A stretch of 59,945 nucleotides of DNA, filler included. It is 3 parts of 3 records of this genome, joined end to end, with 100 filler letters (N's around TTAATTAATTAA, not from the genome) between each part and the next. Parts side by side here need not be neighbours in the genome. Positions count along the whole stretch, not along the records: positions 1 to 24,001 come from SRR22947725_2203; 2 more parts are not named here. One strand, written 5' to 3'. Under the pieces are notes generated by a model. It was not told the origin of the DNA. It did not search any database and saw nothing but the letters and a program-made list of their open reading frames with translations. The position numbers were made by a program, and so were the translations under genes. Numbering within the stretch: the stretch's first letter is position 1; the number at the start of each line of letters is the position of its first letter. Below, piece by piece: positions 1 to 10,663 of the stretch.

Positions 1-1440
1 AGTTGATGCTGCATTTATGGCTTTTCCTCTGCTGTAAGCCTCCTTTACTAATTTATTATAAAGTTTATCTCTTTCTTTTTTAGATTTTGTATTGTCTAAT
101 TCTTTTTTATATCCAAGTTCAACACTAGCTTCTAAACCCATCGGGCCAAATTCTCCAGTTTGCCAACTAATTGTTATATAAGATTCATGAAAATTACCAC
201 CAGCCATTGCCATTGCACCAAGGCCGTAGGCTTTTCTAAGTATTATGGTTATGATCGGAATATTTAAGTTAGCTCCATTTATAAAAAATCTAGATGTCTT
301 TCTTACTAGTGCTAGTTTTTCGTGAGTTGGTCCTACCATAAACCCTGGAGTATCACAAAATGATATTAGTGGTAAATTAAAAGCGTCACATAATTGCATA
401 AATCTTGAAGCTTTTTCAGATGCATCACTATCAATTGCTCCTCCAAGATGTTTAGTGCTATTGGCAATGATACCAACTACTTTTCCTTCAATTCTAGCAA
501 GTGAAGTTATCATATTTTTTGCAAACCCTCCTCTTAATTCTAAAACGGAATTTTCATCAAAAATACATTCAAGTATTTTTGTCACATCATAGGCGTATTT
601 TCTGTCTTCAGGAATTAAATCATGAATTTGATTTTGATTTCCAGTTTTCCATTTTAAGTTATTTCCTTGAAAATAGGAAAGATATAATTTTACTTTTTCT
701 ACTGCTTCTTTTTCATTTTCAACTAATATATCTATTACTCCATTTTCATATTGAATTTTTGATGGTCCAATTTCGCTAGCTTTAAAATCTCCCAAACCCC
801 CTTCTCTTATCATCGCTGGACCTGCCATTCCAATAGAACTGTTTTTAGTTGCTATTATTAAATCTGAACAACCAGCTATTGCAGCATTTCCTGCGAAGCA
901 ATTTCCTGAAACAATAGAAATCCTTGGTACTTTACCACTTAGTTTTGCATATTCTGTCCATGTTGGAAGATCTAACCCACCGGAATTAATAGCATCGAAA
1001 TCTACATCCCCAGGTCTTCCACCACCACCTTCAACAAAAAATACTATGGGCAGATTCCCTTTTTTAGCAATTGAAATTAATCTGTCGGTTTTTTTATGAT
1101 TAAAGCCTCCTTGAGTTCCTGCAAGAACCATATAATCATAGCTCATTACACAACATTTTGAAATTTTTTCTCCAAACGATTTTCCGTTAATATTTCCAAT
1201 ACCAGCTACTAAACCATCAGCAGGTGTTTTTTCAATCAATTCTTCTTTTGATAATCTTTTGGTTTGTCCAGCTATAATTAAAGAGCCTAATTCATTAAAT
1301 GAATCTTTGTCACACAAATCGTCAATATTTTCTCTTGCAGTTCTACTTCCTTTACCATGTCTTTTTTTTACAGATTCAGATCTATTTTTATCTTTAAGGA
1401 ATTCTTTTCTTTTGTAAAATTCGTCTAAATCTTTTCTCAT
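1..1440 (-). CDS. Acyl-CoA carboxylase carboxyltransferase domain protein (3' end runs off window)
   Basis: Not in the ORF track. Manual translation from ATG at 1440 gives MRKDLDEFYKRK...RTARENIDDLCD...TPADGLVAG...DYMVLAGTQG...FFVEGGGGRPGD...CFAGNAAIAG...IGMAGPAMI, with LISFCDTPGFMVGP further on. These are carboxyltransferase motifs. Confidence 0.9.
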   Translation of the reverse strand, partial: MRKDLDEFYKRKEFLKDKNRSESVKKRHGKGSRTARENIDDLCDKDSFNELGSLIIAGQTKRLSKEELIEKTPADGLVAGIGNINGKSFGEKISKCCVMSYDYMVLAGTQGGFNHKKTDRLISIAKKGNLPIVFFVEGGGGRPGDVDFDAINSGGLDLPTWTEYAKLSGKVPRISIVSGNCFAGNAAIAGCSDLIIATKNSSIGMAGPAMIREGGLGDFKASEIGPSKIQYENGVIDILVENEKEAVEKVKLYLSYFQGNNLKWKTGNQNQIHDLIPEDRKYAYDVTKILECIFDENSVLELRGGFAKNMITSLARIEGKVVGIIANSTKHLGGAIDSDASEKASRFMQLCDAFNLPLISFCDTPGFMVGPTHEKLALVRKTSRFFINGANLNIPIITIILRKAYGLGAMAMAGGNFHESYITISWQTGEFGPMGLEASVELGYKKELDNTKSKKERDKLYNKLVKEAYSRGKAINAAST

Positions 1441-1448
1441 TTTTTATA

Positions 1449-2159
1449 TTATACAAAGGTTATCATATCATCTTTTAAATGAGGTAATTCATTGAAAGTT
1501 AAAAGATTTGTTTCATTATTTGAATATAGTAGGGTGGAGAATGATGTATTTCTTACAGAAAAATTCAAATCAGCAACTACTAATTCATTATTTAACTTTA
1601 AAACGTCTCCAATTATAGAACTTATTGTACCACCTGATGAAAATACTGCGATTTGTTCTCCTTTTTTAATATCCTTAGTTATATGTTTTATTGCATTTAT
1701 TGAATTTTTTCTGAACTCAGACCATGGAATTATTCCTTCAATAATAATTTCATTATTAACCCATTTGTGTAAAAAATATTTAAATCCCAACATCATGTAA
1801 GAATGTTTTTTTTCTGGATTTTTCATGAATTTTTCTTTTAACGATTTCAGATATTTATCTTCAATCATCTTTGGCATTTCTATTTTCATTGCGTCAGTAG
1901 CTTGATGCTCATTAAGACCTTCTAAAATAGTAGGTAAAGGCATATTTAATCCAATATTTTTATATTGTTTGGCTACAATTTCTTGAGTATGTTTTTGCCT
2001 TTGCAAGTTACCAACGTAAACTTTATCAAAAACAAGTTTTTCTTTACATAAAAATTTACCCAATTCTGCGGCTTGTAATTCACCCTTTGGGGATAATACA
2101 TCATAATTTGCTTTTCCTATCGAAGCTTGAGCGTGTCTAAATAAATATATTTTACTCAT
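1449..2159 (-). CDS. Histidine phosphatase (phosphoglycerate mutase) family protein
   Basis: N-terminal IYLFRHAQA (RHG-like), LSPKGELQA, LQRQKHT, LNE, C-terminal FNELPHL. Confidence 0.85.
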   Translation of the reverse strand: MSKIYLFRHAQASIGKANYDVLSPKGELQAAELGKFLCKEKLVFDKVYVGNLQRQKHTQEIVAKQYKNIGLNMPLPTILEGLNEHQATDAMKIEMPKMIEDKYLKSLKEKFMKNPEKKHSYMMLGFKYFLHKWVNNEIIIEGIIPWSEFRKNSINAIKHITKDIKKGEQIAVFSSGGTISSIIGDVLKLNNELVVADLNFSVRNTSFSTLLYSNNETNLLTFNELPHLKDDMITFV

Positions 2160-3220
2160 TAAAAAAGATTTTCTATTCTATTTTTCTGAATAGATTGCCA
2201 ACCAATTTTACATAAAATTTCAGCAATCTTATTTAAATTCTTAAACTTTTCATTCGTTGTTAAACCTTTATTGTACCTAAAATAAATTTGTTGAACAATT
2301 ACAGCTATTTTAAAAAGTCCATAAACATAATAAAACACTAAATTATTCACAGTTTCTCCAGTCTGTTTTTCATACATTTCAACAACTTCAAGTCTTGATG
2401 GATTTCCCTCCAATGAAGTCGGGTAGTCAAAGGCTGTTTTAAGCCCCTTAGGGTCTGAAGCCATTGCCCAATAAGCTATTGATGTTCCTAAATCCATTAA
2501 CGGATCTCCTATAGTACACATTTCCCAATCTAAAATTGAATTAATCTTTGACCAAGAATCTGAACTGAAAACAACATTATCATATTTGTAATCGTTGTGT
2601 ATTAAACTGTGTTTGTATTGATTAGGTTGATTATCATTAAGCCAGTTCATTATAAGCTTAGCTTCTTTTATATCATCCGTTGCTGCTTTTAAATACTGTT
2701 TTCCCCAATTTCTAACTTGTCTTTCTACATAGCCTTCTGGTTTTCCAAGTTCAGATAGTCCCAACTTCTTATAGTCCAGATTGTGTAACTCTACCATTGT
2801 ATTTAACCATGTCTTCGAAATAGTTGAATAATCTTTTGATGGAATCGTTCTTTCTTTTAATTCTCTAGGCGTTATTATTCTTCCATTAACTTTTTCCATT
2901 ATATAAAATGGAGTTCCAATTATATTATTATCATCAGAGTAGGCGTAAACAATAGGAGCCTTGTTAAAGCCATTGTTTAAACCATTGAGCACTTTGTACT
3001 CTCTACCCATATCGTGACCATAAACAGCACCTTTTGGCGGTTTTCTTATGACATATTCTTTTTCTTCTATATTGAGTTGGTATGTTAGATTTGAAAATCC
3101 ATTAGAAAATTGTAAAACATCTAAATCACTTTTTATTTTAGAGATTAATCCATTTTTTTTTAGAAATTTTTTAAGATTAATTTCATTTAATTCTTCACCT
3201 TTTCTAACTTTTTGTTTCAT
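2159..3220 (-). CDS. APH-family phosphotransferase (ACAD10/11 kinase domain / LvaA-like)
   Basis: GFSNLTY, LIHNDYKYDN catalytic loop, ILDWEMCTIGDPLMDLG, KIAVIVQQIYFRY. Confidence 0.9.
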   Translation of the reverse strand: MKQKVRKGEELNEINLKKFLKKNGLISKIKSDLDVLQFSNGFSNLTYQLNIEEKEYVIRKPPKGAVYGHDMGREYKVLNGLNNGFNKAPIVYAYSDDNNIIGTPFYIMEKVNGRIITPRELKERTIPSKDYSTISKTWLNTMVELHNLDYKKLGLSELGKPEGYVERQVRNWGKQYLKAATDDIKEAKLIMNWLNDNQPNQYKHSLIHNDYKYDNVVFSSDSWSKINSILDWEMCTIGDPLMDLGTSIAYWAMASDPKGLKTAFDYPTSLEGNPSRLEVVEMYEKQTGETVNNLVFYYVYGLFKIAVIVQQIYFRYNKGLTTNEKFKNLNKIAEILCKIGWQSIQKNRIENLF

Positions 3221-3224
3221 GATT

Positions 3225-3983
3225 CTAAGCTGTTAATCCTCCATCCACTGAAATTGCTTGACCAGTTATAAAACTTGCTTCATCAGAACATAACCATAGC
3301 ATCGTATTTACTTGTTCCATAACATCGGCAAAACGTTTCATGGGAACATTTGCTTTTAGTTTTTCAGAAATTCCAGATTTTATTTTATCCATAGCAACTG
3401 GATCAAACATAGGAGTAACTGTAAAAACTGGACAAATGGCGTTCACTCTAATATTGTTTTTTGCATATTCCATTGCTGCTGTTTTTGTGATTCCTACTAC
3501 TGCATGTTTACTAGCAGAATATCCGGCAGCATTTGGTAACCCACGGATTCCAGCTATTGATGAAGTGTTTAAGATAACTCCATTACCTTGTTTGAGCATT
3601 ATTGGAATTTGATTTTTAATACAATAAAAAACTCCTGTAGAGTTTACCAACATTGTTTTATCCCATGATTCCAAAGTTATGTCAGCTGTTTTAGCGTAGT
3701 CTCCACCAACTCCAGCATTGTTTATTGCAACATCGAGTCTTCCAAATTTATCAACTATAAAATTCATTAAATTAACAACCATTTGAAAATTAGAAACATC
3801 GGCTTTGAAAAATGTTGCCTTTCCTTTATTATTTATGATTTCTGAAACTGTATTTAATCCATTCTCTTTATTTACATCAGAAACTACCAATGTACCTCCT
3901 TCTTTTGCAAAAGCGATAGCTGCAGCTTTTCCGATTCCAGATCCACTTCCCGTAATTAAAACTATTTTATCTTTATATCTCAT
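3225..3983 (-). CDS. Short-chain dehydrogenase/reductase
   Basis: [26 protein letters not shown]. Confidence 0.93.
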   Translation of the reverse strand: MRYKDKIVLITGSGSGIGKAAAIAFAKEGGTLVVSDVNKENGLNTVSEIINNKGKATFFKADVSNFQMVVNLMNFIVDKFGRLDVAINNAGVGGDYAKTADITLESWDKTMLVNSTGVFYCIKNQIPIMLKQGNGVILNTSSIAGIRGLPNAAGYSASKHAVVGITKTAAMEYAKNNIRVNAICPVFTVTPMFDPVAMDKIKSGISEKLKANVPMKRFADVMEQVNTMLWLCSDEASFITGQAISVDGGLTA

Positions 3984-5181
3984 GTTGTTTTGCTAAATTT
4001 CTTCCTAATTGAAACATATGAACCTCGTCAGGTCCATCTGCTAATCTAATACATCTTGCGTATACGTAAAATCCCGCTAATGGAGAATCTTGACTTACAC
4101 CCATTCCACCATGAACTTGTATTGATCTGTCTATAACATTACACGCCATTTGAGGAACTTGAATTTTTATCATTGCAATTAAGTTTTTGGCTTCCTTAAT
4201 TCCAAACTTATCGATCTTATCTGCAGCTGCAAGAGTTAATAATCTAGCTTGTTGAATTTCACATTCTGATTTTGCAATGTCTTGACGAATACTGCTGAAT
4301 TTTATTAAGTTTCTACCAAAAGCTGTTCTTTCATTAGCTCTTTTACACATTAGATCAAGAGCTCTTTGAGCTGCTCCAATTAGTCTCATGCAGTGATGAA
4401 TTCTTCCAGGGCCTAATCTACCTTGAGCTATTTCAAATCCTCTTCCCTCGCCAAGTAAAATATTACTAGCAGGGACTCTAACATTAGTTAGCTCAATCTC
4501 AGCGTGACCCTCAGGAGAATCTACACTTCCGAAAACCTCCATAGGTCTTAATATTTTAACACCAGGTGTATTAGCAGGGACCAGGATCATACTTTGTTGT
4601 TGATGTTTTTGCGCATTAAAATCTGTTTTACCCATTAAAATATAAATCTTGCAATGTGGATTCATAGCACCTGATGACCACCATTTTCTACCATTTATAA
4701 TATAGTCCTCTCCGTCTTTGACAATTGAAGTTTGAATATTAGTTGCATCTGAAGATGCAACTGCGGGTTCCGTCATTAAGAATGCAGATCTTATTTCACC
4801 GTTCATAATCGGTTTAAGCCATTCTTCTTTTTGTTTATCAGTTCCATATTTTGCAATTGTTTCCATATTCCCCGTGTCTGGTGCCGAACAATTAAAAACC
4901 TCAGATGCCCATCCTAAACTTCCCATTTTCTCAGCAAGTGGAGCATATTCTAAATTAGTTAGACCTGGACTTAAATCTCCATAATTTGAAGGAAGAAATA
5001 AATTCCATAATCCTTCTTTTTTAGCAAGTTTTTTCCAATTTTCTAGTTCAGGATAATTCTCCCAAAGATTAGTTTTACTAAACTCATATACTTTTTTTTC
5101 ATGCGGGAAAAGATGTTTTTTCATAAAATCATCTACTTTTTTAATTAAATCTTGAGTTTTTTGTGGGTATTCAAAGTTCAT
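3973..5181 (-). CDS. Acyl-CoA dehydrogenase (ACAD10/11 / LvaC-like)
   Basis: [53 protein letters not shown]: signature of the ACAD10/11 subfamily. Confidence 0.93.
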   Translation of the reverse strand: MNFEYPQKTQDLIKKVDDFMKKHLFPHEKKVYEFSKTNLWENYPELENWKKLAKKEGLWNLFLPSNYGDLSPGLTNLEYAPLAEKMGSLGWASEVFNCSAPDTGNMETIAKYGTDKQKEEWLKPIMNGEIRSAFLMTEPAVASSDATNIQTSIVKDGEDYIINGRKWWSSGAMNPHCKIYILMGKTDFNAQKHQQQSMILVPANTPGVKILRPMEVFGSVDSPEGHAEIELTNVRVPASNILLGEGRGFEIAQGRLGPGRIHHCMRLIGAAQRALDLMCKRANERTAFGRNLIKFSSIRQDIAKSECEIQQARLLTLAAADKIDKFGIKEAKNLIAMIKIQVPQMACNVIDRSIQVHGGMGVSQDSPLAGFYVYARCIRLADGPDEVHMFQLGRNLAKQHEI

Positions 5182-5192
5182 AGAATTATAAT

Positions 5193-5978
5193 TTATTGCA
5201 TTGATATTTGTGGAGCGTTCATTAGCCCTCCATCGTTAATTATTGTTGTTCCTGTCATGTATGAGCTAGCATCTGACGCTAAAAATACCGCCAATCCTGC
5301 CATTTCATCAGGTGTTGAAGCTCTTCCTAATGGACAGTTTTTTAAAAAACTATTTCTTGACACCTCGTTTTCTAATAGTGCTGCACTTAATTTAGTTTTT
5401 ACATAGCCAGGGCAAATTGAATTTACTCTAATATTATGTCTACCCCATTCGATAGATTGATTTTTTCCAGCCATAATTAATGCCGTTTTACTAATATTAT
5501 AAGCGGCCATAAATGCACTAGGGTGAAGACCTTCAATAGAACTAATATGTATAATACTTCCTCCACCTTGTTTTTTCATATGAGGATACACTAAGTTACT
5601 AAGTTCTATAGCTGAATTAACATTAATGTCCATTGTTTTTTGATAAAGGTCAACAGGCATTTTACTAATTGGTCCAAAATATGGATTAGTACCAGCATTG
5701 TTTATTAATATGTCAATACGGCCATATTTTTCAATAACTTTTTCAACAAGTTTTACTCTATCATCGTGTTTAGCAACATGACACTCAATAGAATCAGTTT
5801 TTAATCCAAGTTCGGTGAATTCTTTAGCTACCTGATTAACAGCTTCTTGTTTTCTGCTGCTTACTATGACTGTAGCTCCAAATTCTGCTAATCCTTGTGC
5901 CATTGCCTTACCAATTCCTTTAGAAGATCCTGTAATTACAGCCACTTTATTATTTAAATCAAATTTTTCTTTAATCAT
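5193..5978 (-). CDS. Short-chain dehydrogenase/reductase (DHRS4-like)
   Basis: [32 protein letters not shown]. Confidence 0.9.
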   Translation of the reverse strand: MIKEKFDLNNKVAVITGSSKGIGKAMAQGLAEFGATVIVSSRKQEAVNQVAKEFTELGLKTDSIECHVAKHDDRVKLVEKVIEKYGRIDILINNAGTNPYFGPISKMPVDLYQKTMDINVNSAIELSNLVYPHMKKQGGGSIIHISSIEGLHPSAFMAAYNISKTALIMAGKNQSIEWGRHNIRVNSICPGYVKTKLSAALLENEVSRNSFLKNCPLGRASTPDEMAGLAVFLASDASSYMTGTTIINDGGLMNAPQISMQ

Positions 5979-5989
5979 GTTATTATTTT

Positions 5990-7648
5990 TTAATTAGCCC
6001 AAAATATATATTCGTCATTTTTATTTACTTTATCATCCAAAGTTTTATCTATAAAAATAGGCCAGTCAAGTAAACTAGGCCATATCGGTTTAACTTGCTC
6101 AGATAATTTATTATTTAATATTTCTTCAAGTTCATTTAATTTTGTGAAATTACTTTCACTTAAATTTAACTGCTCAGTAGGGTCTTCGTTTAAATTGTAT
6201 AACCATTTTTTATTTTGAACTAAATCTACTTGAAGTTTCCATCCCTCTTTTATTAAAAATGAATAATCTCCAGATTTATTAAATAAAATTCTTTCTGGTT
6301 CTCCTTCGTTTTCTCCACTTAGATAAGGAATAAGATTAGCACCATCAAACGCTATATCTTTTAGGTCGTTTCTAGTCATATCAACACCTGCTACACTTGC
6401 CACAGTTGAGAATATATCTAAATTTGAAACTCTTCCTTTATATGTTCTTCCCTTAGAAATTTTGTTGGGGTAACTAACTATAAAGGGAACATGAACACCA
6501 CCTTCAAAATGTGTTAATTTCCAACCTCTATAAGGTTTGTTTAAGTCAGGTAATCCAATGTAACCTGGAGCGCCGTTATCACTAGTAAAAATGATAATGG
6601 TATTATCGTCAATCTTATTTTTTTTCAGAATATCTCTAATTTTACCAACTCCTCTGTCTACAGTCATAACCATTGAAGCTAAAACCCTTTCCTCATGATT
6701 TTCAATAAAAGATAATTTTTCATAATCCTCTTTTTTGGCTTGAAGTGGACTATGAACAGCCCAATATGCGAGGTATAAAAAGAAAGGTCTGTTTTTATTC
6801 TTTTCTATTACTTTTACCGCTTCATCTGTTAAATAATCGGTCAAATGCCCATCAGGATTCATTCTGGGTCCTTCATTAAAATTAACAGCATATGGTAAAT
6901 TTCCCCAAAGAACTTTATCAATAGGATCAAAATCTAATTTAGCATTTATTACATTTTCATCATCTTCAGGTAAAAACAAAGATCCTTGATCAATTCTGAG
7001 ACTTTCATCGAATCCGTGACGTCTAGGTAAAAAATCTTTAGCATGACCTAGATGCCATTTTCCTATATGAATGTTATGATATCCCTCTGGCTTAAGCATT
7101 TCTGCAATAGTTCTTTCAGACTGAGGAATTCCCATTTGATCAATGTCAATAATATTTTCTGATCTGTCGTTATGATAAATGCCATCAACTACTTCATTTT
7201 TTTTTGAAAAAATACTTATGGCTTTCATCATACTGGAAGTAGTTGGAGTAAACTCATATCCAAATCTAGTAGCGAATCTTCCTGTTAAAAGAGAAGCTCT
7301 TGAGGGTGAACAAACAGGACTTGATGAATATCCATTTGTACATAAAACACCATCACTAGCTAACTTATCAATATTGGGAGTTTTAAACTTGCCATTTGCC
7401 ATTCCTCCTCCGTAAGAACTTATTTGATTAAAGCCTAAATCGTCTATCAGAACTACAATTATATTGGGTTTAGAATTTGTTCTGGATATAGGTCCATTTT
7501 CCCACTCAATTGCAACATTTTCATAAGTTGAATTTGTAAAGTTGGAAATGTATTTTGGCATTTTATACCAGTTTTGGGAAAACCAAATACCAATCGCAAC
7601 AACTATTAAAAGAAAACTCAGTAAAAATTTAAAAAATTTACGTTTCAT
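5990..7648 (-). CDS. Formylglycine-dependent (S1) sulfatase with N-terminal anchor/signal
   Basis: PNIIVVLIDDLG, CSPSRASLLTGR (CxPxR), GKWHLG, FTSDNG, YNLNEDPTE. Confidence 0.93.
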   Translation of the reverse strand: MKRKFFKFLLSFLLIVVAIGIWFSQNWYKMPKYISNFTNSTYENVAIEWENGPISRTNSKPNIIVVLIDDLGFNQISSYGGGMANGKFKTPNIDKLASDGVLCTNGYSSSPVCSPSRASLLTGRFATRFGYEFTPTTSSMMKAISIFSKKNEVVDGIYHNDRSENIIDIDQMGIPQSERTIAEMLKPEGYHNIHIGKWHLGHAKDFLPRRHGFDESLRIDQGSLFLPEDDENVINAKLDFDPIDKVLWGNLPYAVNFNEGPRMNPDGHLTDYLTDEAVKVIEKNKNRPFFLYLAYWAVHSPLQAKKEDYEKLSFIENHEERVLASMVMTVDRGVGKIRDILKKNKIDDNTIIIFTSDNGAPGYIGLPDLNKPYRGWKLTHFEGGVHVPFIVSYPNKISKGRTYKGRVSNLDIFSTVASVAGVDMTRNDLKDIAFDGANLIPYLSGENEGEPERILFNKSGDYSFLIKEGWKLQVDLVQNKKWLYNLNEDPTEQLNLSESNFTKLNELEEILNNKLSEQVKPIWPSLLDWPIFIDKTLDDKVNKNDEYIFWAN

Positions 7649-7649
7649 T

Positions 7650-8618
7650 TTAAATTTTATAATCTTTTAATATATCTGCACAAGTTTCTATTGATTTTAT
7701 TCCGCCGACTCCTTTTCCAGCTTGCCAAAATTTAACATTATCATCAAACGCAGTTTTACTGTAATTTTTTAAGCCTTTACTCATTAAATACATTCTTGCA
7801 TATTTTTTAAGCTTAGGTCTTTTGAGCATAAAATTAATAATTGGTCCCGTTCTAAGGCCTCCCCTCATTATATCGTCTGTTTTTATAACAGAGGAATTAT
7901 TTCCTGCAACTTTATTAGTCCAAACAATGTCTTTTTCTTCGGAATCAACAATGGCTTGCTTATAACTATTAGTTACAATACACTCCTTTGAAGCTAAAAA
8001 CCTCGTTCCAAGTTGAACTCCCGCATAACCCATTGCTAAAACCTTGTCATAATCGTCACGATTTCCAACACCACCCGCACATATTAAGGGTATTTTGATA
8101 TCATTTAAATCTTCAATAAATTTTTCAGCTGATTGAATACCTGTTTGTCCTCCAGCTCTCCAGTTTATACAGTTTAATCCATCAACTCCACAGTCTTCCA
8201 TAGCTAAAGCTACTTTTTTGTTAGGTACGTCGTGGTAGACTATTATTCCATTTTTTTTCGCAATTTTTACAATTTCATGAGGTTTACCAAGAGATGTAAG
8301 GAAAAACTTAATGCCTTCCTCAATAGAAATATCCATCCATTCTTTCATTTGATCGTGATATTTTTGATTGGCTCCACCAAAAATTGTAAAATTCACTCCA
8401 AATGGTTTATCAGTAAGTTTTTTAATTAATTTTAGACCTTCTCTAAAATCATGTCCATATAAAGAAGTAAGTGCAACTGGTTGAACTACTCCAAAACCTC
8501 CAGCTTCAGAAACAGCTGCAATTAGTTCAGGATTTGATCCTGGATACATCGGTCCACATATAACAGGTGTTGTAGCTCCAGTATCTTTTAAAAATTGTTT
8601 AGTAGATTTTTTTATCAT
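7650..8618 (-). CDS. Nitronate monooxygenase / FabK-like flavin oxidoreductase
   Basis: PELIAAVSEAGGFG, KPFGVN, ICAGGVG, GVQLGTRFLASKE, WQAGKGVG. Confidence 0.88.
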   Translation of the reverse strand: MIKKSTKQFLKDTGATTPVICGPMYPGSNPELIAAVSEAGGFGVVQPVALTSLYGHDFREGLKLIKKLTDKPFGVNFTIFGGANQKYHDQMKEWMDISIEEGIKFFLTSLGKPHEIVKIAKKNGIIVYHDVPNKKVALAMEDCGVDGLNCINWRAGGQTGIQSAEKFIEDLNDIKIPLICAGGVGNRDDYDKVLAMGYAGVQLGTRFLASKECIVTNSYKQAIVDSEEKDIVWTNKVAGNNSSVIKTDDIMRGGLRTGPIINFMLKRPKLKKYARMYLMSKGLKNYSKTAFDDNVKFWQAGKGVGGIKSIETCADILKDYKI

Positions 8619-9754
8619 TTTAATAATTGTCTGGAAATTATAATTTTTTGTATTTCAGATGTTCCTTCATAGATCTGAGTAATTTTAGCATCTCTCATTA
8701 ATCTTTCTACATGGTATTCTTTAACAAACCCATTTCCTCCGTGAATTTGAACCGCTTCAACAGTATGTTTCATTGCAATATCTGATGCATGTAGTTTAGC
8801 CATAGAGCTAGAGTATCCGTAGGTTAAACCGTTATCTTTTTCAACAGCACTTTTGTAGACTAAAAGTTTTGCAGCTTCAATATCTGTTGCCATTTCTGCT
8901 AACTTAAAAGCTATTCCTTGGTGCTGACTTATAGGTTTGCCAAATGTTTTTCTTTCTTTAGAATATTCTAAAGCTAATTCATACGCTCCCTCAGTAAGTC
9001 CTAACGCTTGAGCTGCAATTCCAATGCGTCCTCCCTCAAGAGTTTTCATGGCAAATTTGAAACCAAATCCCTCAGGGCCTAGTCTATTTTCTTTTGGAAT
9101 AATTACATCTTGAAAAATTACTGATGAAGTGTCAGAAGATCGAATACCTAATTTATCTTCTTTTGGACCAGTTGATATTCCTTCAGTATCACTTTCAATG
9201 ACAAATGCATTAATCCCTTTGTAGCCTTTTTCTACATTACTTTGAGCTATTACGACATATAGTTCAGCTTTTATACCGTTTGTTATCCAGTTTTTTATAC
9301 CGTTTAAAACATAGTGATCACCTTTATCTATGGCGGTAGTTTTTTGTTGAGTTGCATCAGAACCAGATTCAGGTTCAGACAAACAAAATCCTCCAATTTT
9401 TTGTCCAGTTGCAAGTGGTTTTAAGTATTTTTCTTTTTGTTCCTCAGTTCCGTATTCTTCAATTCCCCAACACGCTAAAGAATTGTGAGCTGATAAAATA
9501 ACTGAGCATGAGTTGTCAATTTTTGATATTTCTTTTACAGCTATCGCATATGACATTGTATCCATTCCACCTCCTCCATATTTTGTTGACACAGTCATTC
9601 CTAAAAAACCTAATTCAGCCATTCTTTTAACTTGTTTTTCAGGATATTCACATTTAGAATCACGATCAATAACCCCATCTTTTAGTTCATTTTGAGCAAA
9701 ATCTCTAGCGGCTTGTTTTATCATTAAATGTTCTTCGCTTAAATCAAAATTCAT
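8615..9754 (-). CDS. Short-chain (butyryl-CoA-type) acyl-CoA dehydrogenase
   Basis: FCLSEPESGSDA, LEGGRIGIAAQALG, RDAKITQIYEGTSEIQ. Confidence 0.93.
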   Translation of the reverse strand: MNFDLSEEHLMIKQAARDFAQNELKDGVIDRDSKCEYPEKQVKRMAELGFLGMTVSTKYGGGGMDTMSYAIAVKEISKIDNSCSVILSAHNSLACWGIEEYGTEEQKEKYLKPLATGQKIGGFCLSEPESGSDATQQKTTAIDKGDHYVLNGIKNWITNGIKAELYVVIAQSNVEKGYKGINAFVIESDTEGISTGPKEDKLGIRSSDTSSVIFQDVIIPKENRLGPEGFGFKFAMKTLEGGRIGIAAQALGLTEGAYELALEYSKERKTFGKPISQHQGIAFKLAEMATDIEAAKLLVYKSAVEKDNGLTYGYSSSMAKLHASDIAMKHTVEAVQIHGGNGFVKEYHVERLMRDAKITQIYEGTSEIQKIIISRQLLK

Positions 9755-9758
9755 TTAT

Positions 9759-10598
9759 TTAGTTTTTAGTTGCATATAAATTATAAGTTTTCTCAAGTCC
9801 TGCATCTCGATGTTCTAAGGCTTTAGAATAGCCAGGCATTTTTTCAAGATCCAACATTTTAACGGCTTTTGGGTATTCAATAATCCCTACAGCTTCCCAA
9901 TTACCCATAGTATCTAAAGGTACATTATATTCAATTAATGTGTCGCCAAGTACTCTTCCAGAATAAGTTACATCACCCCCTAGTAATAAAACACATTTTG
10001 TTGCTGTTCTTCCATATTTTTCATAGTAAGCTTCTCTGCCGGAAATAGAAATAGAACTGTCTTTATATTTAGCTGTTTTTCTTGATTGTAAAAGATTAAT
10101 CATAAAGGCCTTTTTATTAGATTTTTCATTTATAATCCGTTCAGCTTGTTTTTTTGTTGGAAGTATATTTGAGTTGCTGTTTTCTAAATTTTGTAACTCT
10201 TTCCTTGAACTATTAATTAGTTCAAGAAAATAGCCAATAGGTCTAAATAATTTTAAAAAATTTATTAATAATCTGGGTGGGTTTTTTGGTGCCAGGTTAA
10301 ATACTTGAACAGCTTCAACTTCTATTTTTCCGATTTTGCTTTCATAAATCTTTTGAAAATCAGTTTTGTTTTTAAATTCAATGATTAATGCATCCGACCA
10401 AAAGTCTTCTTTTCCAATATTTGTGTATTGACAATCAAACCAATGTAGGATATTTATTTTTTCCTTAAAAAAATCATTTTTAATCTTTTCTTTTATTGAA
10501 TAGTCTGTAATTTTTAAATAAATAAATAATACAATTTTATTCGTATTTTCGATATCAATTAGTTTTGAAGGATTAGGAAAAATATTTATAAAATTCAT
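9759..10598 (-). CDS. DUF1330-like (dimeric alpha-beta barrel) domain protein
   Basis: C-terminal half FMINLL..R..AKY...SGREAY..YG...WEAVGIIEYP...HRDAGLE resembles DUF1330; N-terminal half may be a degenerate repeat (WSDALIIEF). Confidence 0.65.
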   Translation of the reverse strand: MNFINIFPNPSKLIDIENTNKIVLFIYLKITDYSIKEKIKNDFFKEKINILHWFDCQYTNIGKEDFWSDALIIEFKNKTDFQKIYESKIGKIEVEAVQVFNLAPKNPPRLLINFLKLFRPIGYFLELINSSRKELQNLENSNSNILPTKKQAERIINEKSNKKAFMINLLQSRKTAKYKDSSISISGREAYYEKYGRTATKCVLLLGGDVTYSGRVLGDTLIEYNVPLDTMGNWEAVGIIEYPKAVKMLDLEKMPGYSKALEHRDAGLEKTYNLYATKN

Positions 10599-10620
10599 AA
10601 ATTATCAGTTCTTTATAAAT

Positions 10621-10638
10621 TTAGTATTTTTATACTAA
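10621..10638. promoter_or_regulatory. Candidate TetR operator TTAGTAT-TTTT-ATACTAA
   Basis: Perfect 7-bp inverted repeat with 4-bp spacer in the divergent intergenic region upstream of the TetR gene; recurs at 16964 and 20824. Confidence 0.75.
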
Positions 10639-10663
10639 TTACACAAGATTATAAATTTAAATA

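Noticed and set aside
501-779. 92-aa plus-strand ORF, and the other short antisense ORFs in the track (e.g. 1492, 3340, 29432, 41737, 55063)
   Set aside because: Shadows opposite well-supported genes, with no recognisable motifs
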